Shown here piece after piece: positions 37,247 to 50,700 of a stretch of 64,000 nt of DNA (position 1 is the stretch's first letter; each line of letters opens with the position of its first letter). Source of the stretch: Lama glama (lineage: Eukaryota). Both the position numbers and the translations under genes were made by a program. The stretch covers positions 83,266,001 through 83,330,000 of the forward strand of contig CM052823.1 of assembly GCA_028534125.1 (NCBI GenBank). The letters are read 5' to 3'. The notes below the pieces were generated by a model. That model worked only from the letters and a program-made list of their open reading frames with translations. It made no database searches and had not been told where the DNA came from.

Positions 37247-37477
37247 ATAAGTTTAAACTAGAATAGGAAAGAACCGGCAAATACAGAAGCTTTCCTTGGA
37301 TAACTTGCCTGGATTTTTTTTTAATAAGTCTATCTGGGCTATAAATCACCTCACCCACCCTAAACCACAAGGACTGCGGTAAGTATGGAGCCTGGTACAC
37401 TATTACCTTTCATTCCCAGGGCACTGTTGTAGTTCTCCAATACAGGATCACCACAGTCTGCACAAAATGCCCTGGCA

Positions 37478-37612
37478 TTTTAATTCCTACTTCACAGTTT
37501 AGAAAACTGATCCTCATGGCAAACAACCTTCTGAGCAGCCACAGAGCCTGCAATTGTAGGAACTAAGCTTCAAACCCGAGTCCTGTGCCTGGTCTAAATC
37601 CGATTTGTTTCG
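37478..37612 (-). mobile_element. MIR fragment
   Basis: attcctacttcacagtttagaaaactgatcct...agcttcaaacccgagtcctgtgcc. Confidence 0.55.
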
Positions 37613-39819
37613 ACTAAACCCCAGCTGATATGCTGGGCTTGGAAGAGAACTGCTACTCCTATTGCTTGAAACCAAGCTGTGATGGCTTCTAGTCTCTGAT
37701 GATCTAGAAAGACCATCAGTGAAATGCATCAGCAAGAAAATGTGTTGGGATGTGAGGAAACCTCCCCCCACCTCGTACAATCAAGAAATGCAAAGCAAGT
37801 TTTGACAATTACTCCTCATTTGCGCTGCTTTAAAGCAAACGTAACTCCTCTTGACTCCTGTTACCGGAATGTCTAAACTTTTTAAAATAATAAGTACCAC
37901 TTAGGCGCAATTGTTATTTTAACTGTGAATTAAGATCTTAAGTCTTTTGTTTAAAATGCAATCACGTGTTCTCCCGAATACTTCCAAAGGTGCAGGGCTG
38001 GAATTCCTTGCAGGCAACGTATGCTTCAGTGAAATTTTTCATTTGCAAATTAGGTTAGTTTATGGTAGAAAATGAAAAGTCATCATCAGACAGACCAAGA
38101 AATGGGGGCATTCTTTACCTAGAAGGGGGCAATTAGCTGAAACATCTGTGGGGAAAATTAATCTTTCATATACTGTCAATTTTAAAAAGGTACGAAAGAA
38201 TCACTCTCAAAATCTCAAGAACACGCCTGATTACGGTGCACCCCAGTGACCATTCTAATCTGCCTGTTTACACAAACTGAAGCCAGAGTTACAGGCATTC
38301 CCTCAATGAGAGACCACACCTTATAATACTGAGTTCCACGATGTGCTTCTGGTTCACAACTTCCAAGGAGGCAGCTTCAGGCAAATTCATTTTGCATAAA
38401 ACTATCTACACAGAGGCAGATGCGCCTGTAAATGTGGGTTACAATTACCTCCAAAAGGACAGTCTATCTTGCCCTCCACTACATCCCCCGCAGGAGAGGG
38501 GACGGCTTTCTTGGAATATTACCTCCTTGTTTAATTTTCTGGATGAATTACAGAGGATGCAAAGAGAATGAGGAGGGACACTCATACTTCACAGGTGTTA
38601 ACAGTTACCAGACATGAGGCTGTTGTCGATCAGACACATGCTGGCTGCTATTAGGAAAATGTTACTTATTACTTCAAAACTAAACACAAACACATCCCCT
38701 TCCAAAAGAGGGAAAAAACAGAAAACTGTTTCATCAAGTGTACCATGTTCAGATCTGACCATTTCTAGGAGGCTGAATTCATTCCATTTTCAGTGGCAAC
38801 TCCTTCAGGAAACACTTAAAACCTGTGTTTTGAGAAATGAAGTTAATGGGCCAGAACTGGCTTATCATGAAATACTCATCAAGCCACGAAATTAAGTTCA
38901 AACCCTTCTTCCCTTAGGTGAAGGGAACCCATTCGTAGGACACTCTCCGAGTAACTATCTAAAGGTCATTTTCTAGAGTTTGTGAAGAGAGTTCTAGAAG
39001 TAGGCGATTTGGATTCAGTACTATTATTTCTTGTCATACATAATTTATAAAAGAGGGAACATATTTAATAAACGAAGTCCAATAAAGTGGTCCATCTTCT
39101 TAAATTACAAGCATAATTCAAAAGAGCCAGAAGTCACCCTTTTCCTCTCTCCATCACACCTGGTGATAGGCGGTCAACTTTTAAATGTCTTCCAAATGGA
39201 AACTGCATTTTGAAAAGCTGCAAAGCTGAGGTTCTCTGTGAAGGACGCAGAATAGCTCGCCCTTCTCCACGGCAGGGCTATGGGTATTCCAGGAGGGGCC
39301 GTTCATTTGGGGTGAGAGTCCCCACTCCCCGAGGGGGGCGGGCGACGGCACGCACCTCCTCTTCCAGGCTCTGGCTCTCAACACTCCTTATCAGCCACCA
39401 CATTATCGGTCACCAACACGTGCCCTCATGTTACAGCTCATCTTACACTCCTTACAGTTTAGGTTAATGTCTTTCTGATGAGATTTGGGAGTGGTTAATC
39501 ACTTCCCTAGCACATGGATTCTTACTAGCTTGAATTTCAGAGAATTGTACTTAACAACCGACCTGGAACACCAGCACAGGAGACTGCACGCGGGTCACCT
39601 GTCTAACTGTTAGAACCCTTCTTCTACTGGGTGGAATATTAGCCTATGAGAAGACAGTCACTTCCACCAGAATCCCCTTGAAGACAAGGAAATACGCCTG
39701 ATTATTCTTGGCTTGCACACACTCAGCACTCATTAGATGTCTGTAGCATAAACAAATGAAATGCTTAAGCAGTTAATCGACATGGAGGCTCCAACAGGGA
39801 CAGATCAACCTGCTTTAGT

Positions 39820-40205
39820 GTATTCATTCCGCCGTTCATTTATTCACTCAGCGTTTAGAGTGCACTGGAGACACTGAGATAAATCAGACAGGTATGGTGT
39901 CTGCTCTTAGGATGTTTACAGTTAATGAAGACAGACACTGAACAAGTGATCATGACATTCAACTGCAAACTGTGACAAAGCAAATGAAAGAGACATATGG
40001 GTAAGTAGGGGTAAAAAGACACCATGAAATACTGGGGAAAGGATTATATTTATTCTGAGACTAGAAGAATGAGTAGGAATTAAGCAGGGGGCCAGAGAGG
40101 AGAGAGAAGAAAGTTTTCTAGGCAGTGGGAACAACATGTGCAAAGGCCCTGAGGTGGAAAAAAGCTTGATGCATTCCAGAAACTGATAGGTCAGTATGAC
40201 TAGAA
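39820..40205 (-). mobile_element. L2 LINE 3' fragment
   Basis: attcattcc...ttcatttattcactca tail; ctgctcttaggatgtttacagtt; ttctaggcagtgggaacaacatgtgcaaaggccctgaggtgg. Confidence 0.88.
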
Positions 40206-43200
40206 TTTAGCAATAGGAAGGTGAAGCGGGAGGGAGGGTGCAAACTTATTCCCTCCTCCTTTTTCCTGAGTAAATATCCTCCCTTTAAAATTATAAAACC
40301 AAATCCACGCAAGGCGTTTGTAAACCTGTTGGAAGGGGTTTTCATTTTGACCTCAGGTTGAAAGCAAGCCTTCCAATCAGGAGAGTGACAGAACCAGACA
40401 ACCAGACCTTCATTTCAAAAGGAACACTCTCCCTGCTCTATCTGGGAGGAGGGGATGGTGGGGAGGAAGAGTCAAAGCGGGAGACTGGCCCAAGGGCCGC
40501 GGGCAGTCTGCGGGACCCGGACCTGGACCAGATTAGGGATGGTGGGTTGCTTTAGTATGAATGTTGGAAGGAACTTTCAGGGTCTTGGGGGGTGAAGGAG
40601 AGAGACACTGTGTGTGGGTTTATGTGTTCTCAAAGCTGATCTAGACCACCAGGGGCAATGGCAGTAGCCCAACTCCAAACCACCTTCCAAGCACACACCT
40701 GGGCGAGGAATGCACCGGAACAAGCCTCAGGCTGTCCCCCTGGATCCTAGATCTGGCACGAGCTGCAGACATTTCTCCCAGCCCTCGTCACAAGGGCCCG
40801 CACCCTGGTCTGGGTCCTGGCCCCTGTGAAGAAAGGACTGACCCGTCCTTGTCAACAGCTGTCTTGGGGTTTCCATACAAGAAGCCCCTCCCTCAACCCT
40901 ACCAACTTGACATGCTCAGTGCAGCCAATGACTGACTACAGAATGTCACGGAGACAGTGAAATCTCACCTCTCCACTTCCTTGAGTGTCCTGTAAATATC
41001 TTTCCTTTAAAATAACAAACTAAAAGCCCAGCTTTCCACTGTGAGTTCTGGCCTTGGCTGCCCCAACGGTCAGGGCCACGGCTGAGGACCTCTGGCCTCC
41101 CCAGCTTTGAGTGGCTGCCCTGTATTCCCTCTGCTCCATTCCTCATCTGAAAACATGCTTTGATATCCAGTTTCCCTTTTATACGGCCCCTACGTCAAAA
41201 GCACAGTTTTGTTTTCTTGCTGGAGGACGGATCCAAATTCTTCTGCTGTGCACGCACCGCTTCCTGGGTCTGCTCCCACCTCCCCACGCCCGACAGCCTC
41301 CTCCCTCCCCTTCCCCCAGCCTCCTCTTCTCCACCACCTCCTCCGACTCAGAAAGATGCCCCCACTTTTCCTTCTGTTAATGAAACACAGTCCTCCTGAC
41401 GTTTTCTTGCTTGGCCACTCTCTTCTCCGTGACAGGATTTCACAAAATCAGATTCTCTGAGTTACTGGACTGGGTGCTTTCTTGAGAGATACCAGATGTT
41501 TTTCAAAGTCCCAGTGAGATCTGCCCTCACCCTCCTCACCCCCCACCATTTCTCTGTCTCAGAATCAGCCTGAACTCTGACCCAGAACGCCTTTTACTTT
41601 TGAACGTTCATTGGGGTTAAAGGCAGGCAAAAATTATTGAGTGCCTACTACATGCTTGGCAGAGAGATATCTGTATAATAGATCTTCTATTCAAATACCC
41701 TCGCATCTTCTTGCCCTTATGTCCTTCCACCGACTCTAGGTGGGTAACTGGAGACAGTGTGAGCTGGAGTAGGAGTGAGCAGTGTGCTGGCCAACTGCAG
41801 CAGGCACATCGGGGCACGAGCTTCGGTCCCCTTGGGGGCGGGGCTGAGTAATTTGGCAGGAGAGGACTAGCACTGAGCATCATGGGACAAGGAGGAGGGA
41901 GCCATAACCATGACCCCATGGGTACTTGGCTGCTTGGTAATTGAGAGTTAACTGGAGGTGAAGTGGGGTAAGGGTGGGGGGCTTTTGTTGCCTACCCCAC
42001 CCCACCCTAGTAAATTGAGGGCTGAGAGAGTAATGACTTCCACTCACATGATGTGACGCACGGGTTGAGAACTTTCTCCAAGCCCTCCCAGGGAGGGTGG
42101 GACATTCAGAAGCAGAGTCCTCCCCCATATCCAGCTGGCTCGGTCAGATAAACACCACCATAGAGCACCAGGACTGCAAGAGGGACCACCAAGGCACTGT
42201 GGGCACCCATGCCTTCCTTACTGTCTGACCCTCTCCACAGTAGGGAGACTCTGCGTGCCACCGCGGGCAGCTCTCACAGACCCAAAGGCAGTGGGAGCAG
42301 CCGGCTCAGGAGTCCATTCTAATTCCCATGGCATCCACACTGTCCTGGCAACTCACCCCCCGAGAAGAGGTCCCAGATACTGCCACCAGCCAAGAACTCC
42401 ACAAAGGCAACCCCAGGATCATTTGCATGCAGGGGAGAGACCATTCCTCATTCCATCCATTGACACAGGCAGAATGTGCCCCGAGACTCGGACCTAGAAA
42501 GCCCTCTGCAAGCACTGCAAGTTTTAAGGAACCAAAGGAAAACAAAAAGCAACTCAATGAATCAGAGGAAAGGGAAGGTTCCTCCCCGTCCCGTGACGTC
42601 CACACAATGCCGGTTCCAGCACCATTCGCTAACTTGTTTCATTTCCTTAAACCTCTGAACACCCTGAGTTCATCCAAGTGAATTCCAGGCTGGAAGAAAG
42701 GTGACTCGCAGATCAACAAGGCTGTATTTGGGAAGGTGGGAAAAGCCACATCTGTTCTCATCTCCCCTTTCCTCTCAACTCACCTGTCATCTTCCTGCGC
42801 TCCTTCATTGCAAAACCAGCACTCCTCTCACGGTTGGCTATGCACAAAATATCCTTCTGTTCTCCTAGTCACATCAAAGCACCTTCACGCTATGCAGACA
42901 GGTCATCGAGGGAATGCAGAAAATTAACAAACCCACCTAGGTTATTTCTATTAAAACGAGCCCCTCAGCCCGTAGGCTCTGTCAGTTTCCACAGAGCACA
43001 AACTCTGACAAGTCTGCGGAACACTCTTTGCCTCTCCAGGTTGTGTCAACAGCTTGCACACACAACAGGAGGGTGGCGCCTCTGAGTTCGCCTTCTCTTT
43101 TGAAAAAGAGGGGAGTCTCAGGGTTCAGTTACTCGCAGCTTTCATAGTCACCTTCATCTCCCATTTCCTAGCTCATCTCCCACAGCCACCTACGCAGCAT

Positions 43201-43369
43201 ACGACCATCTTTCCGGATAGAGACCGATGTCTTTCAATTGTACAGTCTTCCCAAGACAGAGGTCTTGTCTACCTCCGCGTCCCTACCTCACCTCACCCTC
43301 CTCTTCATTGTGCTCAGGGCCCCAGAGAAGGCTGCCTCCTCAGTTCTTCAAATAGGTCAAGTTCCACCT

Positions 43370-43625
43370 GCCCCAGGGCCTTGGCATTCCTCTGTCTGGG
43401 GCCCTCTTCTCATTTACTCGACCGTTTCTCCTCCCCATGGGTCTCAACTCCAAAGTCACTTTCTCAGACTAGGGACAGGATCATATTTACCCTCTCATAG
43501 CTCTTACATATTTATCTTAAAGATCTTCCACAGCTGGTAATTGAGCGGGAACGATGTGCCGTTTGCTCTAACCCAGGACTTGGCCCACAGTATGTGCTCA
43601 GGAAGCGTGTGCTTCATTAGTAAAT
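43370..43625 (+). mobile_element. L2 3' fragment
   Basis: ccagggccttggcattcctctgtctgg...gtctcaactccaaagtcactttctcaga...ttggcccacagtatgtgctcaggaag. Confidence 0.6.
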
Positions 43626-44879
43626 CACTTTATCACATCATTCCTCTTCTACTTTAAAATTTTCCAGTAGCTCCTGTGACATTTCATGAAGCACCCAGTG
43701 TTTTTGGCCATCTTGTTCACTAAGGAGGAGTGTTCGGGCAGCATCTGCTCTATCCTCACCTGGGAGGATGCAGAAATGTTAAACATGGGCCTTTCCCACA
43801 AGGCACTGACAGTACGCCAGACAGAACTGCTTTGATCATGTGAGTCAGTACAGAACTCAGCTGTAAATGGGGTGGGAAAGGCCAAACCCAAAGGAGAAAA
43901 AAAAAACCAAAAGAATCATTTCTTCGGTTCCTAAGTATCTGTTAAGTACCTATCAAATACCAATTATTTACACAAACAAACAAACAATACATGATTGCTT
44001 CTCAGCAGCTCATAACTCTCATCACTTCCTCCCTACTCATTCAAAATCTTGCTCATCCATCAAGCCCTTGGTCAAATCACACCTCCTCCGTGCAGCCTTC
44101 CTTAACACATTCAGGACCAGTTCCACCTTCCCTCACACCTACCTTAAAAAAAAAAAAATTCTATTTTGCATACCAATTTTACCACTCACTTATTATTGGC
44201 CAGTCCTATTAAACAGAGTCATCTCTTACTCCCTAACTCTCATTTCACTGGTTTTCAATATACATTTTTCCCATCTAGTGATGAACTCTATCTAGGAGGC
44301 CGTGGGCCCTGGAATCTTTTGCAGCAGATTTAAAACAAATGTGTTTATTTGCCTTAAAGTCAGTCTTCCTAAGAGCAACTAAAAGCAGAAAGAGGAGGCA
44401 AAGGTGGAAAGTAACCTTTGTGGAAAAGAAACTATGTGCCGGGTCCTTTCCTCAGACACATTTAAGTCTTAATAATCCTCGAAGAAAGTACCGAGTCTTC
44501 TTGGAGGCCTTGCTCCCCTCCTACACACGCCTTCCGAGCATGGTCCCTGAACAGCCAGCATCTGCCCACCTTGGCGCCGGCTACGCTGATTTCTCAAGTA
44601 GGCGTGTATTTCGCTGTTTCCAAAATCACTGAAGTAATTACCTGCCGTATCCAATGGGCTGGAATCACCCCTGCTCTGCCTGGTTCTAATACACCCATCA
44701 ACCAAATCTAAACACACAGGAGACCAGAGATAGAGTATGGGCTATTTTTGCATGACTGCCTATTTCAACAAATTCTCAAAGCCCTCAAAATGCAAGTAGG
44801 ATCATAAGAATACAGCGGTTTAAAAATGAGCAGCAGTTTTGCCAATATGTACAGAACTACAGTATTTTTTTTTAAAGAA

Positions 44880-45092
44880 NNNNNNNNNNNNNNNNNNNNN
44901 NNNNNNNNNNNNNNNNNNNNNNNNNNNNNNNNNNNNNNNNNNNNNNNNNNNNNNNNNNNNNNNNNNNNNNNNNNNNNNNNNNNNNNNNNNNNNNNNNNNN
45001 NNNNNNNNNNNNNNNNNNNNNNNNNNNNNNNNNNNNNNNNNNNNNNNNNNNNNNNNNNNNNNNNNNNNNNNNNNNNNNNNNNNNNNNNNNNN
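44880..45092. other. assembly gap (N run)
   Basis: run of n. Confidence 1.
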
Positions 45093-45873
45093 CAAACACC
45101 CTCCAGCACTTTGGAAGCACCTAAGATCTCCAAACGATTGATATGTTAATTAAATTTACTTTTTTTTTTATCTAGGACAGGTGTTTGCCGGTCATGGTCG
45201 TATTACCCTGTGGCATTTTGGGCCTCTCGAATAAAATTTCATTTCTTGAAAGTCATTAGAAAATGCTTCCTCTCCCTTACTATACTTTAGTTAGACTTCA
45301 TTCTAGCTTGCTAGTATTACAAAGCTGAGCATCCAAGCCCAGGGAGATCATACAATCCCTTAAGTTCATCCTGGCCAGATCAGGAAGTAACCATCGCAGA
45401 TAAGGAGAAAGTCTGATTTTTCATCAGTGAGTGATTAATAATTGTGCATTGACTAGATGTTAGAGTGAGCCCTCTCTAGAATTTTAAATGTCTAGAGAAG
45501 GAAAATGCTTTTCAGTAGTAACTCACCTCAGTAATCTGTTTCAATATTGCCAAGCCTTCCTTTGCTGCTGAAAATTCTTCCTTATACCAGCATAAACCCC
45601 CTGGGACAGTTTGATTCTATTCCAGGAAAGATGCCCTTTCCGGGTTCTTGAGACATCTGCCTTGCACTGGCTTTGGTCTTAAACGAAGCAGGCAAAATAG
45701 GAAACTTAGACCATCAAGCATTGAAGCCAAACTTTAAAGTATCTAAGGAGTATATTGTGAATTTGAAGTCAGCCAACGTTATTTTGTTGTATCAGTTCAC
45801 ATTTTCTTTTCTCTTAAAAAGCTAATGCCACACACGATGTTATCTGTAACAGAAGTTTTACTTTCTTCTGGAA

Positions 45874-46086
45874 CAGAGGCTGTCAAACTATGAACTTGCG
45901 GCTAAATACATGCTTTTATAAATAAAACTTTCTGGGAACACAGCTAAGCTCATTCGCTGACACACTGTCTATGCTTTCTTGCTACAGTGCAGCGTGATGG
46001 ACATAGTTCTAACAAAGACCCCATTGCCCACAAATCCTAAAATTCTCACGATCTGGCCATTTACAGAAAAAGTGTGTAGACCTTTG
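45874..46086 (+). mobile_element. MER58A-like hAT-Charlie DNA transposon
   Basis: cagaggctgtcaaactatg...ttttataaataaaactttctgggaacacagc...cccacaaatcctaaaattctcacgatctggccatttacagaaaaagtgtgtagacctttg. Confidence 0.85.
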
Positions 46087-46407
46087 TTACCACCAAAATG
46101 TTACGACTAAAATGCATAATATCAAAAATACTAGACTAAGGCCCAAAAACTGAAGCTCTCATGTGATTAATTCAACAGTGATCAGTATGAAGTCCTCCGA
46201 AGAACCACCATCATCACCTTGCCGTATGGTCCAGTTTACCATCCACATCCACAAATCCAGTTTTGCCCTCTCATTTGACGTATCTCATCAGAACATTAGG
46301 AGGGTAGCACTACTGCCTGTAAAAAGCACTGAACAGCAGTGCCACGTAATAAGAGTAACAGACAGCCAACCACAGGCACGACGCACGTTACATATTATTA
46401 TGTGATC

Positions 46408-46518
46408 AGGATACGAGCGCCGTGGGGCAGGGCTTGTCTGCTTGGGTTACTGCTGAATTCTCAGTACCTAGTGGGCAGCATCCCGTAGTTACCCAGTAAG
46501 TATCCGGAGAATGAATCA
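46408..46518 (+). mobile_element. L2 3' end
   Basis: gtggggcagggcttgtctgcttgggttactgctgaattctcagtacctag...gaatgaatc. Confidence 0.65.
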
Positions 46519-46849
46519 AAGCTGTCACAAAAATGCCCCGGAGTCTGTTCTGGTATTAGACAAAGTGGCCACGTGGCAAAACCAGGTGGCTTCGATCTGA
46601 ATACTTTACTGCTTGTTTTAACACTTGGTTCCGTCAGCAAGCGCTCCTCCAGCCCAACTTGTTTTCAGTTAAGTAAAGACATCTTGGCAACAGGATAACT
46701 AAATCTAACATGATCAAATAGTAAGTATTTATTGGGCGCTGATTTACTTAGCACTGCATTAGAAACTACAAACCTAGAAATACGAGATGTCTTTTGCTTA
46801 CAACATATGCATATTCAGAGTATGAACGCTGAAAGCTGCCCAACGTTCA

Positions 46850-47349
46850 NNNNNNNNNNNNNNNNNNNNNNNNNNNNNNNNNNNNNNNNNNNNNNNNNNN
46901 NNNNNNNNNNNNNNNNNNNNNNNNNNNNNNNNNNNNNNNNNNNNNNNNNNNNNNNNNNNNNNNNNNNNNNNNNNNNNNNNNNNNNNNNNNNNNNNNNNNN
47001 NNNNNNNNNNNNNNNNNNNNNNNNNNNNNNNNNNNNNNNNNNNNNNNNNNNNNNNNNNNNNNNNNNNNNNNNNNNNNNNNNNNNNNNNNNNNNNNNNNNN
47101 NNNNNNNNNNNNNNNNNNNNNNNNNNNNNNNNNNNNNNNNNNNNNNNNNNNNNNNNNNNNNNNNNNNNNNNNNNNNNNNNNNNNNNNNNNNNNNNNNNNN
47201 NNNNNNNNNNNNNNNNNNNNNNNNNNNNNNNNNNNNNNNNNNNNNNNNNNNNNNNNNNNNNNNNNNNNNNNNNNNNNNNNNNNNNNNNNNNNNNNNNNNN
47301 NNNNNNNNNNNNNNNNNNNNNNNNNNNNNNNNNNNNNNNNNNNNNNNNN
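46850..47349. other. assembly gap (N run, 500 bp)
   Basis: run of n. Confidence 1.
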
Positions 47350-47640
47350 AATTCTGATTGTCACTAAAGCACAAGGTAAGCGTTTGACTAAGATTCTCAT
47401 CTACGGCTTGTTTCTCAGGATATTATCAAGTACACCCATACTCTGGTGACAGCATAAACCTTATCTCCATCTAGCTATCAGAGATGGAAAATTTTTAAAG
47501 CTAAGGAAAAAGAATGAGTCTTAATACGCAATGCAAATGAGTGAATGTTACAAAAGGCAGAGATAAAAAATTGTAATCCCTTTGGCATGCCATTAAGACA
47601 ACTTCCTGAGGATTATGAGTGTTAAATATGCTCTGTACAA

Positions 47641-47765
47641 TCATCAATTCATTTGTTCAATTCAGCTAATATTTGCTGTGCATTCACGTATTCATTCATT
47701 CAACTCAACTAATTTATCAAGCACCCTCCACATAGGGCTCCCACCAGGTGTGGGATGCTGAGGTC
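47641..47765 (-). mobile_element. L2 3' end
   Basis: ttcattcattcaactcaactaatttatcaagcaccctcc...ggtgtgggatgctgagg. Confidence 0.6.
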
Positions 47766-50700
47766 CCCGGATTCAACGAGCACCTGAGTAACTTGATGCA
47801 GGCAGAGACGACGGACGTAACAGTGCATGCGCACCAGGGACCACACAGGTCCTCAAATGGGTCATGACCAGTCTGGGGCAAGAGAAGTACAGAAACTGAG
47901 AGTAAGCCTTGGAAACCCTTCACATAATTGAGCAAGGTAACTTTATGTCTGGTATCTCTGACAGGCACTTTTTTTTTCTTAATTGTCTTTTTCTTTTTAA
48001 CTGTACCTTATAAGAGAATAGATCCACTCTAGATGGAAGGCAGGGGGAGACTGAGAACCCTGCTAGAGGAAAAGAAAATTGTCACAGAACCCAGGAGAGC
48101 AGAGAACAAGGGAGGGAGCACGCCTCCAGCCAGAGGAGGGGCGCAGGGAGCAGTCCGGAAAGGCTTCCTGGAGGGAGTGGCGTTTGAGGAAAGCCTCACC
48201 AGACAGGGCACAACCTGGGAGAACGGGCCTTTTGAGGCAAAGTGAGAGGTTGAGGCCGGGAAGTAAAGGGTTTATACCGGGTACAGCAGGTGTTTAAGTC
48301 TCTATAAAGCAAAGAGATGAACAGTAACGGTAATAGTGGCAAAAAATTTGGAACACGTACTCTGATGCAGGCTCTGTGCTGAGATTATGGTGGGCCTTAC
48401 CTCCTCTGCTCCTGCCAGGGACATGCAGGGACACTGACTTGGGAAAATGGTCCCCAGCCAGACGGAGGCAGGGAGGGTACACCTTGGGAAGGCAGGAGAC
48501 AGATGCCACTGAGGGACAGAGGGGCACGGAATCCTCTGCCTCCCCCTGGATGAGGGTGGGGCCTCACGGGGACTGAGTCGGGTTGGTAAATATCCTCTTT
48601 AAATGGAAGGACAAAAAACGGTCCCATGGGCTCTTTCAGAATGGTGATGTGAGCCCAAGGATGAATGGGCAGATGAGCAACAGGTCCAGCAAGATCCCCA
48701 TCCCTGCAGACCTCTTCTTGGCGGCCTGGGGGAAGCTCCTGTGAGCTCACTGCATCTGGCCCCTACTATGAGTAGCCACCTCGTATTGGTTAAGATTTTT
48801 GTTCCAATGGCTATTTAAATAACTTCATCCAATCTTAAAAGGTATGTGTTCTGCTCCTACCAGTTAGTACAGAAATGCTGCACTTGCTTTTAAGTAAGTG
48901 TGATGTGATTTGCGCAGATGATTCAAACTCGAGCCTGGCTGCTTCCAAAGAGGCAGGAGTGAGCCTGGCACAGCAGGGGGGGCCAGGAGACAGAGGGAGG
49001 CCCTGACTCCCAGGCCCAGGAATGTGGACTTGGGGCCCGAAGACAGTGGAGAGCTAATGCTGAAAGACAGAACATAAAAATCCTATAGGAGGCTCTTTGC
49101 CTTCACAAAGAACATTCTTTGGCACAGCAGGACAGTACTGTGAGAAATGACCAAGTTACTCAGGTGGCCCTAGGTCACAGTCCTCTTGGGGAAAAAAAAT
49201 TGAGCTGAAACAACACAGTCAGCTCTTCCTAAACTAGCTACCTACGATGCCTGGAGTCATTCCCAAGTCTACATTTTGCAGATAGCACCTTAAAATGCAT
49301 AGCTAGGGAATTCCTGAGCCTGTTTTAAGATTTTGTGTATGTATTCAAATATTAAACATAGTATTTATAATGTATAAATGTAACTTATAGCATTAAAATA
49401 CACAGATACACACACACACACCCCTCCACCTTTTCTTGAGATCGTCCAAGAAGGCACACTTGATCTGGTCTGCTTACCAATTTGTGAGGCACTTCAGCAA
49501 CTTTTAAGATGTCAAGCGTCATAAAATCAAAGTCCCTGTTATTGTGGTAAATTGGCCGGCGTTGCCAAAGCAAAACGAGAGACAGTTGACCGTGGCAGCC
49601 ATGAATAGCTGTTCTTTAAGGGCCAAAATCATGATTTTCAATGTTTTTCCATCCAAAATAGGGGAACATTACTCACCAGGGCCTGTAGCCGCTTCCTGCC
49701 CCATGCAGCTAAATTCTTTCACCAGCAACACGGTCTCCACAGAAGCCCTTGAAACAGAAATGTCACTCCGCAAAGTTCTCACTCCAGCCAACCAAGCTCT
49801 AGGTTTAAACTTAACAGCAGAAACTTAAAATCCGGCTGACCGCAGTGGCGACAAGAGACCTTTTTTTTTTCAAACGCCTGGAGACTGATGTCACTGCTCT
49901 GTCTCTTCAATGTCACCACTTCCCTCGCCCCAAAACCCAAGTGAACACTGGAGAAAGTGACAAAGGGCTGAAACTGCAGCTTTATCCCACGGTTGCCCCA
50001 TACTTCCCAACTCACTCAGTGCTCAGGTACGTTTCAGCTTTAAAAAAAAAAAACTTCATGGGGAAAAAGACCAGATCATTCACTCCACAAGCATCTGTTC
50101 CATTTAGGGGTAGGAGGGGAGGGGGAGATATCTCTACTAATACGATCATCAGCAGAATCATACACTGCTGTTAGGCCTGGTTCTCACATCCCATCCCTGC
50201 ATCCAGATTTACTCAAATGGTTGTTGCTGTGACTTAAAAAATTGGGCCTTAACATGTACCTCTGTTGCCTGAAAGAACTTAGCAGCGATTGCCCGGGTAA
50301 ACATTCTGTAGACAAATGCTACACCTGAAAAAGGGTTGAACCCTGCAGAGATGAAGTTGGTTATATAATTAATGGCTGTTCGGGGAAGGCAGCCATCCCT
50401 ACCCCTTGCTCGTCTTATGAGAATTAGCATAAGGGGGCCCACCCTTTCTGGCCAACGTGTGTCCACAAGGACCCGGACACAGACACCCCCCGGGGTCCCT
50501 CTGTACGCTGGCTCTTCTCCCAGAGGGAGTGAGGACTCCTTTGTGACATCAAAATGTTACACCCACTCCCACCTCATGAAAGTTACCGTTTTAGCCCATT
50601 AATTAAAAACTCTCATAAGTTATTTAGCAGTGCTTTAAGTATTTATAAATCCCAAGACTATCCACGTTTACTTGCAAAAGAACGGTCCAGGAGATGCTAC

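Noticed and set aside
44765-47400. Long ORFs spanning N runs (also near 22.7, 28.6, 52.5 and 57.3 kb)
   Set aside because: Artefacts of translating assembly gaps as X
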